Source: an uncultured Thermoplasmata archaeon (GTDB taxonomy: Archaea; Thermoplasmatota; Thermoplasmata; Halarchaeoplasmatales; Halarchaeoplasmataceae). Taken from it: a DNA stretch of 59,681 nucleotides. Positions 1 through 9,572 of this stretch are shown here, one piece after another; the stretch's first letter is position 1, and every line of letters begins with the position of its first letter. Below the pieces are notes generated by a model, which was not told the DNA's origin, did no database searches, and saw nothing but the letters and a program-made list of their open reading frames with translations. Both the position numbers and the translations under genes were made by a program. Where the stretch lies: NCBI GenBank assembly GCA_964535805.1, contig CAZHUM010000004.1, positions 1 to 59,681 on the forward strand. The letters are read 5' to 3'.

Positions 1-96
1 TTGTTCTATATTAGTTGTTACAATTAAATTTAATAAAGCAAATATTACTATACAATAGGAAACCAATTTTATCGTATTCAATACTCCTTTAACCAT
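1..96 (-). CDS. Partial ORF with only the N-terminal 32 codons (continues past the left edge); hydrophobic N-terminus, possibly a membrane protein
   Basis: Minus-strand ATG at 96..94 has GAGGA a few nt upstream. It reads MVKGVLNTIKLVSYCIVIFALLNLIVTTNIEQ with no stop before position 1. Too short to classify. Confidence 0.25.
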   Translation of the reverse strand, partial: MVKGVLNTIKLVSYCIVIFALLNLIVTTNIEQ

Positions 97-134
97 ATAT
101 TCCTCTTAAGTAATTAGATAAAATTATATATTAT

Positions 135-998
135 TTACGAAAATACTATCTTAAATTTTTTTTCCAAGGAATTATTATACTTTTCAAAGTAATTTTCTAA
201 ATATTCTCTAGTTTTATCTTCCATATCGGGGTATCCATTTTTTAAGTTGAAAAAATCAATTGATTTACACACACTTTTATAAAAATAATACTCGATTTTA
301 GATTTGTCATACATCAAGGAATTTGGAATGCTTGAAAAATTTTTATGAAAAAGTCTTTGGATTTTTTTTATTCTAGGTGCTTTTCCTAAATATTTTTTTT
401 CGTGATTATTTATTTTGAAAGAAGAATCAACATCAATAAAATTAAATACTCTGCAAATTGTTTCATTTCTTTTATTTTTTAGATCATTTGAATTTAATAT
501 TAACACTTGTTTTTTATTGAAATATTTTAAAAATCTATCCAATTGAATAATGTATTTACCACGGTCTAGATATGAATAATGTCTCTTAAATTGTTTGTTT
601 TTTAGTATTCGTTTTTTTTCTATAGATATAGCTTCTTCAAAACTCAGTTTCTCCCAGCCAAACTTTACTTCATGCCAATAATGTGAGTAAGCTCTATCGA
701 CTGGGTTTCTTAAAAGGAATATTAATTTAATATTTGGAAGCAAATTATAAATTCGCTGAGGAACATAGGGCATATACATGTAATCTGGTGTCGCTTCTCC
801 AATCGCTTTCGATTTATTTTCTTTGTGAAAATGCTTTTCATACCATTTAACACCTTCTTTATATGCAATATTGTAATCAAAATAGTGTACTTCTTTGAAT
901 GATGATAAAGTTATCTCAGGATGATCGCCAAGATAATTTGATAATGCTGTAGTTCCAGATTTTTGAGCACCTGCAATGATAAAGGTTGGTATGGTCAT
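135..998 (-). CDS. PAPS-dependent sulfotransferase (Sulfotransfer_1-like)
   Basis: N-terminal 5'-PSB loop FIIAGAQKSGTTAL and 3'-PB motif LLRNPVDRAYSHYWH; 287 aa, cytosolic. Confidence 0.85.
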   Translation of the reverse strand: MTIPTFIIAGAQKSGTTALSNYLGDHPEITLSSFKEVHYFDYNIAYKEGVKWYEKHFHKENKSKAIGEATPDYMYMPYVPQRIYNLLPNIKLIFLLRNPVDRAYSHYWHEVKFGWEKLSFEEAISIEKKRILKNKQFKRHYSYLDRGKYIIQLDRFLKYFNKKQVLILNSNDLKNKRNETICRVFNFIDVDSSFKINNHEKKYLGKAPRIKKIQRLFHKNFSSIPNSLMYDKSKIEYYFYKSVCKSIDFFNLKNGYPDMEDKTREYLENYFEKYNNSLEKKFKIVFS

Positions 999-1088
999 TA
1001 AATAAAATAATAATGATGAGAGATATAAAATCTTTTATCATAGAAATAAAGGTAAATCCTTATATGTGTAATTAATAATTTCAATATT

Positions 1089-1979
1089 ATGACGACCCCG
1101 ATCTTTGTGATTGGTTGCCCTAGAACAGGTACAACATGGTTATCTAATATATTATGTAGACACAAAGATATTTCGTGTATTCAAGCAAAAAGACATTATG
1201 GAATACATGAGAGTGCATTTTTCTGGAAATTATATGGTAGGTTTGGTTCATTAGATAATAGAGAAAATTACATTGAGTTAGTTAAGAATTTTATCAGAAC
1301 GGATTACTTTTACATAAGTAGTATGGATAAGAAAATTTTTTTAAAAAAGGAAAGACCAACAAAATATGAAGATTTTTTTCGGTTTTTTATGGATGAATAT
1401 TCAAAAAAACATAATAATGATTTTTGGTTAGAAAAAACTCCTGCTCATACATTTTACTTGTCTGACCTTTTAGATTATTATCCTGATGCTTTATTTATTT
1501 CGATCCAAAGAGATATAATAGATAAAATAAAATCGAGAATGAAATTAGAAAAAGATACCAGGTCGATATCTAAGATGAAAAGAATATTAAGCGAAATAAT
1601 CGCTAATAGAACTTGTAATATGTATATAAATAATTTATCTGAGAAAAGTGACCGCATATTAACTATACAGTATAAAGATCTTAGAGAAAATAAAACAATA
1701 ACTATTAAAAAAATTTGTGATTTCATTGGTATATCTTTTGAAGATAAAATGTTAGTACAAATTTATCCCAGAAATACTAGTTATATTTCTAAAAATGAGA
1801 GGAGAGAGATATTATCAAAAAATGAAGAAGAATTATGCTATTTAATATATAAATTAATAGAAAAAGCGCCGGATTTTATTTTTAAAAGTTTTAGTAACTT
1901 CTATAAAAAACGGTCATTAAATGATGATTTCCCCGTATGGTTTTGGTATGACGATAATAAATATATGGATTTGAAATAA
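1089..1979 (+). CDS. Sulfotransferase family protein
   Basis: P-loop-like PAPS motif FVIGCPRTGTTWLSNIL at the N-terminus and an RD..D...S segment (ISIQRDIIDKIKS). Divergent from 135..998. Confidence 0.8.
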   Translation: MTTPIFVIGCPRTGTTWLSNILCRHKDISCIQAKRHYGIHESAFFWKLYGRFGSLDNRENYIELVKNFIRTDYFYISSMDKKIFLKKERPTKYEDFFRFFMDEYSKKHNNDFWLEKTPAHTFYLSDLLDYYPDALFISIQRDIIDKIKSRMKLEKDTRSISKMKRILSEIIANRTCNMYINNLSEKSDRILTIQYKDLRENKTITIKKICDFIGISFEDKMLVQIYPRNTSYISKNERREILSKNEEELCYLIYKLIEKAPDFIFKSFSNFYKKRSLNDDFPVWFWYDDNKYMDLK

Positions 1980-2881
1980 TGAGAAAAAATGGATTTTTTT
2001 TAATTAGTTTAGACACTGAGCTTCTATGGGGGCCTACAAGAATGAAGGAATTTGATTATATACAATCAGTTGGGAGCGAGATAAGAAATAATATAATATA
2101 CTTATTAGAATTATTTGAAAGATACAATATACCAGCGACATGGGCTATTGTAGGACATTTATTTTTAGATAGTTGTAGTAAAAAGGATTGTATTACTTTT
2201 AAAAATATAAATCATTATAACTATAAAAAAAATTGGTATAAAGACCCATATACAAACCAAAAAAACCATCCATTATATTATGGTAAGGATCTAGTAGAAA
2301 AAATAATTAACAATCAAGTAGACCATGAAATAGCTTATCATTCATTTTCTCACCCAATATTCAATGATATATCAAAGGAAATGGCGAAAAATGAGGTTTT
2401 TGCAGCTAAGAAAATTGAAAAGGAATACGATATTAAATTCTCATCCTTTGTTTTTCCAGCTGATAAGGTATACTATACAGATCTATTGATAGAATATGGA
2501 TTCAAGGTTTTTAGAGGAGAACTTCAAAGAAAATATAATATTAATAAATCATCGTTAAAGGATAAAATATTTAATTACCCTTATAAATTATTTCCGCCAC
2601 CAGTCTACCCCACCAAGGATAACGATATATGGGAAATAAAAACATCTATGTTTTACGGTCCTGAGGATAAAATATATACGTTGCTACCAAGAGCAAAGTT
2701 TGGACTAAGTTCAGCAATAAAGAAAGGAAAAATATTTCACTTGTATTTGCACCCATGGAATCTATCTAGAAATAAATATATTATAAAAAGTTTAGACAAA
2801 TTATTTAATCACTTAACAATTCTTAGAGATAAAAACAAAATAAAAATATTGAGAATGTGTGATATACCAAATTATTTTTAA
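1979..2881 (+). CDS. Polysaccharide deacetylase-like protein (NodB/CE4-type)
   Basis: Motifs LISLDTELLWG, WAIVGHLF and HEIAYHSFSHP (His-His metal motif). Its start overlaps the stop of 1089..1979 (TAATG). Confidence 0.7.
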   Translation: MRKNGFFLISLDTELLWGPTRMKEFDYIQSVGSEIRNNIIYLLELFERYNIPATWAIVGHLFLDSCSKKDCITFKNINHYNYKKNWYKDPYTNQKNHPLYYGKDLVEKIINNQVDHEIAYHSFSHPIFNDISKEMAKNEVFAAKKIEKEYDIKFSSFVFPADKVYYTDLLIEYGFKVFRGELQRKYNINKSSLKDKIFNYPYKLFPPPVYPTKDNDIWEIKTSMFYGPEDKIYTLLPRAKFGLSSAIKKGKIFHLYLHPWNLSRNKYIIKSLDKLFNHLTILRDKNKIKILRMCDIPNYF

Positions 2882-2886
2882 ATATT

Positions 2887-4077
2887 TTAATATGTATTTA
2901 AGTAGTCCTTAACCCCTTTTTCAATGTTAAATCTTTTCTCCCAAATAGCTCTTGACACCTCACCCATGCTTTTCAAATCGTGCTCATCCAAAAACTTTCT
3001 CAATAATTCATCCAGTTTACTAATCTTATCAACAGGAAAAGTTCCACCGTTCACACCATCTTTAACTAACTCTGGAACTCCACCAACATCCGAAGCGAAT
3101 ACAGGCAACCCGAAGCACATCGCTTCCAATACCGTCAAAGGACAGTTTTCCCATAAAGTAGGTAAAATAAACAGATCTGAAATCCAATACAAACTGTACA
3201 ATTTCTTTGAAAAACTCGGTAAGAAACCTAGATGTTTTACATTCTCTAAAGACCTTCCCTCCATCAAATTATCCCTGTCTTCACCGACCAGTAAGAAAAA
3301 GCAGTCTTTGAACCGTTCAGAAGCATCGATCAACCTATCCACACCTTTTTCCCTTTTCAAGTGCCCTACGTACAATACAACTTTTTTACCATTAGGTATC
3401 CCGAGTTTCTTTTTGATCCTATCCTTCTTAACAAAATCAAATCTCTGTTTCCAATCGAAAGTAAAGTTGTAGATCACTTCATTTGATGGCAGACCACCTC
3501 CGAAGAAATCCAAAAATAATTTTTGATAAAATTTACTGGGAAACACCAGTTTATCAATATAATCCACATACTCCCTTGGAAATGAAATCGGTAATTTATA
3601 GCGATTGTACTTACAGCCAAAACAATTTTTTCTACAATCTTCAGCGTATCTATATCTAAAAGGGCATATCAACCAATTATCGTGTACGGTCATCACTATA
3701 GGAACATCAATACGCATACGTAATTTTTTTAAAAATTTTATACCAAATGAAGAAAAATTGTGTAGATGGATGACATCCGGATCCATCTCCTCGATCTTAT
3801 TCAATTCATCGTGATTAGAAGTCACATAACCAATATTATTCATAAGTAATTTAACAAAATTATAGTCAGCAAATCTTACGTTCACACCGTTCAACCGGTA
3901 CTCCTCTTTTTCAATTATCTCCTTTCCAGTTACGAATGAATATGCATAAGGATTCGTAAGAACATCAACATCCCACCCATCATCAACCAGTCCCTCAGAC
4001 AATGTCCTACAGAATACAGCATCTCCGCCTAAAAAGTCCGGCGGATACTGGTTTGAAATCATCAAAACATTCTTCAA
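2887..4077 (-). CDS. Glycosyltransferase family 4 (GT-B fold)
   Basis: C-terminal EX7E-type motif ENCPLTVLEAMCFGLPVFASDVGGVPELV. 4-nt overlap with the upstream radical SAM gene. Confidence 0.85.
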   Translation of the reverse strand: MKNVLMISNQYPPDFLGGDAVFCRTLSEGLVDDGWDVDVLTNPYAYSFVTGKEIIEKEEYRLNGVNVRFADYNFVKLLMNNIGYVTSNHDELNKIEEMDPDVIHLHNFSSFGIKFLKKLRMRIDVPIVMTVHDNWLICPFRYRYAEDCRKNCFGCKYNRYKLPISFPREYVDYIDKLVFPSKFYQKLFLDFFGGGLPSNEVIYNFTFDWKQRFDFVKKDRIKKKLGIPNGKKVVLYVGHLKREKGVDRLIDASERFKDCFFLLVGEDRDNLMEGRSLENVKHLGFLPSFSKKLYSLYWISDLFILPTLWENCPLTVLEAMCFGLPVFASDVGGVPELVKDGVNGGTFPVDKISKLDELLRKFLDEHDLKSMGEVSRAIWEKRFNIEKGVKDYLNTY

Positions 4078-5075
4078 TCCTTCTCAACCCCTATAGGCAT
4101 CTTCTTTCCCTTCAGCTTACTCTTCATCACCCATTTTGTAACCTCCCAGAAGTTCTCCTTCATGGCAGGTGATGCACTCCCGATCATCCAGCACTGCTTA
4201 TCACACTTACGAACAGCCTCTCTCATCTTCTCCGCTTTCGGGCTGTTCCAGATGTCCATGAAATCCCTTTCTTTGATGTTCCCGATCTTGTAATCCATAC
4301 CGTTACACGGTTTTATATCACCATAGGGACTCAAAAAGAACAGGTCTGTACCCATCTTACAGGGTAATGGCCTTGCCCCGCCTTTCAAACGATTGATTAT
4401 CCCCGCATTGAAGTAAGCACGGTACCAGTTCTTCACCTTTCTAGTACTCAATAATTTATCGATCAATTTCTCGAATTCCTGTATCACCAGATCTTTATCC
4501 ACTACCTCGTTATCCCGCTTATGAAAATAAAAACTATTATGCACAACGGCTGTAGCGAATTCAACGTCCATCATGTCAGCTAGTTCATACAATTCCAGCA
4601 GATCTTTAGCGTTCCTATCCGACACAGTTATCCCGAACCCGATGTCTTCGACACCCATCTCATTCAGTTTCAAAAGAGACCTCAAACCGTGGTCGAACCC
4701 GTCTTTCAATCCCCTCAACTCGTCGTTAGCCGCCGGTAATCCTTCGATACTGATCCTGTAACCAACCTCTGGGAATTCCCGAGCAACGGAAAGCATCCTT
4801 TCTGTAAAGTATCCATTAGTACTGATGACCATCCTTTTGGTTTTAGGTCTAAGCACCCTTATGATATCCTTCAGATCCTTTCTAAGAAAGGGTTCTCCAC
4901 CGGTGATATTCAAGTTCTTCAACCCGTAAGGGATACTATCCAGATCCGCAGGTTTCCACTCCTTTTCAGGATCGGAAGGATTCTTCCAGATGTTACACAT
5001 CTTACATTTCGCATTGCACCTGTAAGTGGTTGTGATTATCCCTTCGATGGGCTTGACCTTTTTGTTACCGCTCAT
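4074..5075 (-). CDS. Radical SAM protein with a Cys-rich SPASM/twitch-like C-terminal extension
   Basis: CNAKCKMC (CxxxCxxC) at residues about 20-27 and a GGEPFL SAM-binding motif. C-terminal cysteines are PLPCKMG...IKPCNG...RKCDKQCW. Confidence 0.85.
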   Translation of the reverse strand: MSGNKKVKPIEGIITTTYRCNAKCKMCNIWKNPSDPEKEWKPADLDSIPYGLKNLNITGGEPFLRKDLKDIIRVLRPKTKRMVISTNGYFTERMLSVAREFPEVGYRISIEGLPAANDELRGLKDGFDHGLRSLLKLNEMGVEDIGFGITVSDRNAKDLLELYELADMMDVEFATAVVHNSFYFHKRDNEVVDKDLVIQEFEKLIDKLLSTRKVKNWYRAYFNAGIINRLKGGARPLPCKMGTDLFFLSPYGDIKPCNGMDYKIGNIKERDFMDIWNSPKAEKMREAVRKCDKQCWMIGSASPAMKENFWEVTKWVMKSKLKGKKMPIGVEKD

Positions 5076-6154
5076 TTTCTATTACCGCCGTCGATCAATC
5101 TCTCAAACAAACCAAGTATCTTCTTGGTCTGGGCTTCCCAAGTGTATTCATCTAGTATCTTGTCATAAGCTTTATCGACTAATTCATCTCTCAACCCTTC
5201 ATCATTCAAAACTTTTTCTATGTCTTCCATCATACCCCCAACGTCACCAGGTTGAAAGATCAACGTTTCCCGCCCATCTACAAAATTACCCTTAAATGCA
5301 GGTAGATCGCTCACAACGGTCGGTACCCGAGCAGCCATACCTTCCAGCACAGTAGTGGGAAAACCTTCGTAGTAACTTGGCAGCACATAACAATCAGCGT
5401 ACTTAAAATACTTCTCGACCACATCCACCCTTCCTTCGTAAATGACGTTATCTATCTCACTAGCCTTCTTTTCAACTAATTCTCTCAACTCGCCGTCACC
5501 TACTATATGCAGATAGGTTTCGTCACCAGCATATTTCTTAAAACCCTGGATAATGTCTAAAGTTCCTTTCGATTTGATCAACCTACCGACGAAGAGAACG
5601 TGTTTTCCCTCCGATGAATACGGATCCTCATATTCTCTTTCAAACCTGCTTATATCGACCCCGTTCTCCACAAGATATGAATTCTCATTGAACTTTTTAG
5701 CGATCCTCGTAGATTTCTTATCCACACCTATATTCAGATCGGCTTCATCAAGTATTTTGAATTCCAAGTGCCTCAATATCTTATTCAACAAAGGATTTTT
5801 ATCGGTCTCTCGTAGAGAAGTGAAACCGTGGATAGTATATGCATAAGGTTCTCCCCACTTCTTGAAAGCGCCTATACTCCCGTGTCCCCAATAAATATCA
5901 TAACCGCCACCCTTTTTCAATACGGTGTTCATAAGTAAAAACAACCGATCCAAGGGACGTTTCTCAGGCGCATAACCCCGGCTCACCTTCAAGTTACCAT
6001 CGACTTCTACCTTCTCCTCTCCCTTATGACGTTGGGTGATCACGGTTACATTATGACCCAATTCAGAGGCGACTTTAGAGAATTCATATATGTACCTCTC
6101 CAGACCACCGATATCTGGCGGAAAACTGCGTGCACCGATTATCAATATATTCAT
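5072..6154 (-). CDS. Glycosyltransferase family 4 (GT-B fold)
   Basis: YYEGFPTTVLEGMAARVPTVVSD motif. First gene of the GT4-rSAM-GT4 overlapping operon. Confidence 0.85.
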   Translation of the reverse strand: MNILIIGARSFPPDIGGLERYIYEFSKVASELGHNVTVITQRHKGEEKVEVDGNLKVSRGYAPEKRPLDRLFLLMNTVLKKGGGYDIYWGHGSIGAFKKWGEPYAYTIHGFTSLRETDKNPLLNKILRHLEFKILDEADLNIGVDKKSTRIAKKFNENSYLVENGVDISRFEREYEDPYSSEGKHVLFVGRLIKSKGTLDIIQGFKKYAGDETYLHIVGDGELRELVEKKASEIDNVIYEGRVDVVEKYFKYADCYVLPSYYEGFPTTVLEGMAARVPTVVSDLPAFKGNFVDGRETLIFQPGDVGGMMEDIEKVLNDEGLRDELVDKAYDKILDEYTWEAQTKKILGLFERLIDGGNRK

Positions 6155-6368
6155 CTAAACAACCAGATTATTAATCAAAATACTAAATAAAGGTTGTTAT
6201 CCGATATCCCCCTAATTTATTATTTCGATACGAGTTTTCTATGAAAAACCATGAGAAAGTCTCATCGAAATATTGGAGATAGACGATTTCTGTCCATCTA
6301 CAAGACCTCTCCCATCCCCACACAAGATTTTAATAGACCCTCATACTGCACCCATTTGGTGTTTTCAG

Positions 6369-7688
6369 ATGAGTCGCATACCCCCTAACAAAGTGCACGA
6401 GACCATGAGTCAGTATATGTTGATCGATGGATATGATCTAGTTTATGATATGGAGAAGAGCCACGGTTCTTATCTTTACGATTCCAAAAGTCAGAGGGAA
6501 TTCCTGGATTTTTTCACGTGTTTCGCTACCATGCCGATAGGCCACAACCATCCAAAACTTCTAGAAGAAGATTTCTTAAACAAGCTCAAGAACGCAGCTA
6601 TCAACAAGCCGTCTAACTCTGACATATACACACAGGAGATGGCGGAGTTCGTCCAGACCTTCGCAAAACTAGCCATGCCCTCCAAGGATTTCAAACACCT
6701 TTTCTTCATCAGCGGGGGCGCGCTAGCCATCGAGAACGGGCTCAAAGTCGCATTCGACTGGAAGGTTAGGAAGAACTTCAAGAAAGACAACCAAAAAGAA
6801 TTAGGGCACCAGGTCATACACTTCCAGGACTCTTTCCACGGACGAACGGGTTACACCCTCTCTTTAACCAACACATTCGACCCGAGAAAACACCAGTACT
6901 TCGCCAAGTTCGCTTGGCCCAGGGTCAGCGTACCGAAACTGACCTTCCCGATAACCGAAGAAGTAAAAAAGCGGGTCGAACTCGAAGAAGCGGAATCCAT
7001 CCGCCAGATACACGACATAATCGAAAAACAAGGCGACGACATCGCAGCCATGGTCATAGAACCGATCCAGGGAGAAGGTGGAGACAGACACTTCAGACCG
7101 GAGTTTTTCCAAAAACTCAGAACGATCTGCGACAACAACGAGATAATGCTCATGTTCGACGAGATCCAAGCTGGTATGGGACTCACCGGTAAGATGTGGG
7201 CTTACCAACATTACGGTATCAGCCCCGACATCATAGCCTTCGGTAAGAAGACCCAGGTCTGCGGTATCATGGTGAACGACAGAGTAGACGAGATCGAAAA
7301 CAACTGCTTCGAAGAGTCAAGCAGACTCAACTCCACGTGGGGAGGAAATCTCGTGGACATGATCAGATGCCAAAAGTACCTAGAGATAATAGACGAAGAG
7401 AACCTAGTCCAGAACGCCGCCGACGTCGGAGGATACCTACAAAAACGCCTCATACAACTACAACAGCAACACCCGGGCGTTTCAAACGTTAGAGGTAAAG
7501 GACTGATGATCGCTTTCGACCTTCCATCGACGGAAAAACGTGACCAGGTATTCAAAAGAACCTACGAACACGGTCTTCTCATCCTAAAATCCGGAGAACG
7601 ATCCATACGATTCAGACCACCTTTAAACCTATCAAAAGAAGAAGTCGACGAAGGAATAGAGATCCTGGACAAGTCGATAGCCGATTAA
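6369..7688 (+). CDS. lat: L-lysine 6-aminotransferase-like class III PLP aminotransferase
   Basis: PNKVHETMSQYMLIDGYDLVYDMEKSHGSYLYD...FATMPIGHNHP and DIIAFGKKTQVCG (PLP-Lys) match the LAT family pattern as I recall it. The track ORF starts at 6273, but the ATG at 6369 (MSRIPPNKVHE) fits family N-termini. Confidence 0.8.
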   Translation: MSRIPPNKVHETMSQYMLIDGYDLVYDMEKSHGSYLYDSKSQREFLDFFTCFATMPIGHNHPKLLEEDFLNKLKNAAINKPSNSDIYTQEMAEFVQTFAKLAMPSKDFKHLFFISGGALAIENGLKVAFDWKVRKNFKKDNQKELGHQVIHFQDSFHGRTGYTLSLTNTFDPRKHQYFAKFAWPRVSVPKLTFPITEEVKKRVELEEAESIRQIHDIIEKQGDDIAAMVIEPIQGEGGDRHFRPEFFQKLRTICDNNEIMLMFDEIQAGMGLTGKMWAYQHYGISPDIIAFGKKTQVCGIMVNDRVDEIENNCFEESSRLNSTWGGNLVDMIRCQKYLEIIDEENLVQNAADVGGYLQKRLIQLQQQHPGVSNVRGKGLMIAFDLPSTEKRDQVFKRTYEHGLLILKSGERSIRFRPPLNLSKEEVDEGIEILDKSIAD

Positions 7689-8611
7689 ACCCCTTTATTT
7701 TTTTCAACCGTGTAGGTCGCATTGTCCATGAATTTATCGGGCTCGCTCTCTATCTTGCCCGTTGCGGCATTAACGATCAGTACACCGTCGGTACCCTCGA
7801 CCGCCCACATGGGCACGTAAACGATACCTCTATCATTGATAGTGATATCACCCTCATCTGGAACGTATTTCTTTTTCTCGACTATCACCGCACCGTCCTC
7901 TTCCCACCTATCTGGATCGACCTTAGAGTACTTCTCTTTTATCGCCTCTACGGCTCTCACCTTCACCCTCTCTTTAGGTATGTTGGGCTCCAGTTTAAAA
8001 TGTGACCTTTTCACCTCGCCCACCCTTTCGAACTCCTGGTCCCAGAACTGCTCGTGACCCGATATGGCGTTGAAATACAGCCTTCCCTTCACTCCTTCGC
8101 CCCCATCTACTTCAAAGGAAAATAGATAATGAGGCACCAGCTCCAACCTGTACTTGAATCCTTTAACGATCTTGTCGCCTAACTCTGTAACATCATCGAA
8201 ATCCATAACGGGTTTCAATATGGATTCCTTCCTCTTGTGTTCTATCTCGAAGTCAACTTCTGATCCCTTTAAACTCTTACCTTCCGTAGCACCCTCGAAG
8301 ATAGACGTCTCCAGCATCATCTCGCCTATCTTATCGACCAGCACTGCACGATCCCACACCACCACGTCCTCATCCAATCCGTCACGTACCTCGTCGCTCA
8401 ACTCGCTCAACACGACGAGTATGCGCTCACCTTCGGAATCACGTATATCCTTCAGATCGGTCTCTCCGACCTTCTCTCCTGCTATCACCAGACTTCTTAT
8501 CTCCTCGCCCTTCTTACCGACCAACTTTCCCTCTCCACCGAACAGTAACTCGAACCCTTCGAATTCCATCAATTCTTCCATAACCTGGTAGAAATTCTTC
8601 ATCTTGACCAC
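7685..8611 (-). CDS. Hypothetical acidic protein (308 aa), unknown function
   Basis: Long ORF with coding-like composition. Its stop overlaps the lat stop in a TTAA palindrome. No motif recognised with confidence. Confidence 0.6.
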   Translation of the reverse strand: MVKMKNFYQVMEELMEFEGFELLFGGEGKLVGKKGEEIRSLVIAGEKVGETDLKDIRDSEGERILVVLSELSDEVRDGLDEDVVVWDRAVLVDKIGEMMLETSIFEGATEGKSLKGSEVDFEIEHKRKESILKPVMDFDDVTELGDKIVKGFKYRLELVPHYLFSFEVDGGEGVKGRLYFNAISGHEQFWDQEFERVGEVKRSHFKLEPNIPKERVKVRAVEAIKEKYSKVDPDRWEEDGAVIVEKKKYVPDEGDITINDRGIVYVPMWAVEGTDGVLIVNAATGKIESEPDKFMDNATYTVEKNKGV

Positions 8612-8652
8612 GCAGTATTGGATATCTATATATTAGTTCCTTACATTTAAAT

Positions 8653-9489
8653 CTAATCTGTTACGAACCTAGCCTGTGACATGTCCTTATTGCTGCACGC
8701 ATAGGCTCCTTCCCCATCAACGGCTATAAGACCTATGGAAACATCGTCTGGGAATTCATCCACGATCCTACGACAGGACTCTTCCACCCCGAGCTCAGAA
8801 AAACCTTCATAGCATCTGTACGATGCCAGCCGTTTGATGATCTCCTCGCCCTTACCGGTAGCCACTACGGCTCCCTTCTCACCAACGTAGAAACCGCTTC
8901 CAAGCAGCGGACTGTCGCCGACTCTACCTCTTAAACAATAACTCGTTCCACCGGTTGACACAGCAGCTGCAAAATCGTCGTCCACCAACGCAACACACCC
9001 AACCGTATCACCGCCGTCCACTTTGTCGTAGAATTCTCTCAACTTCTTAAGTTTGTCCCTGCTGTCCGTCTCTTTCAACTTGTCCTTCATCTTCTGCAGC
9101 TCTTCCTTCCTTTTCTCGGTAGAAACGTCGTATTCCTTAAAACCTACGCTGCGCGCAAATTCCGTGGCATCACCACCTACCAGCATGACGAAGGGGGACC
9201 TGTAAACTTCCCTAGCAGCGAGCACCGGGTTCTTCACCTTCTCCAAGGCACCGACGGCCCCCACCTCGCCGTCGTACATCACGGCTGCGTCCATCTGCAC
9301 GCTCCCATCCAACCTCATCCGAGAACCCGTTCCCGCGTTGAACCTCTCATCGTTCTCCAGCTCCACGACGACGTTAACAACGACGTCAAGCGCCGTTCCA
9401 CCTTTCTCGACCCCTCTGTCCATCGCCTTCTTAACATACTCGTCTAGATCTCTTTTACTTCCTACTCCACCGTGGGCACATACGAACAT
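8653..9489 (-). CDS. Isoaspartyl peptidase / plant-type L-asparaginase (Ntn hydrolase)
   Basis: HGGVG N-terminus, NAGTGS, and the autoprocessing site GGDTVGCVALV (Thr nucleophile). Confidence 0.85.
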   Translation of the reverse strand: MFVCAHGGVGSKRDLDEYVKKAMDRGVEKGGTALDVVVNVVVELENDERFNAGTGSRMRLDGSVQMDAAVMYDGEVGAVGALEKVKNPVLAAREVYRSPFVMLVGGDATEFARSVGFKEYDVSTEKRKEELQKMKDKLKETDSRDKLKKLREFYDKVDGGDTVGCVALVDDDFAAAVSTGGTSYCLRGRVGDSPLLGSGFYVGEKGAVVATGKGEEIIKRLASYRCYEGFSELGVEESCRRIVDEFPDDVSIGLIAVDGEGAYACSNKDMSQARFVTD

Positions 9490-9572
9490 GGACCTGGATT
9501 ATCTCTCCATTATATATTTGTTGGTTGGATTATCAAAAAGTGTTATATAAGTTCCAAATAATCCATGATCAG

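Noticed and set aside
4074-5075. Radical SAM/SPASM protein as an anaerobic sulfatase-maturating enzyme (anSME) for the sulfatase-like gene
   Set aside because: The sulfatase-fold protein at 28348-29685 lacks the C/S-x-P-x-R target motif and is 23 kb away. The radical SAM gene is translationally coupled to two GT4 genes and is shorter than typical anSMEs.
6273-6368. N-terminal extensions of track ORFs (lat 6273, hypA 9525, GT2 38714, giant B 48070, gcvPA 49467, fbp 54611)
   Set aside because: The extensions start at TTG or lie upstream of the family-typical N-terminus. Internal ATGs give canonical N-termini (MHE for HypA, MSKITFSIIKADVGG for FBPase, a signal peptide for giant B) and better RBS spacing.
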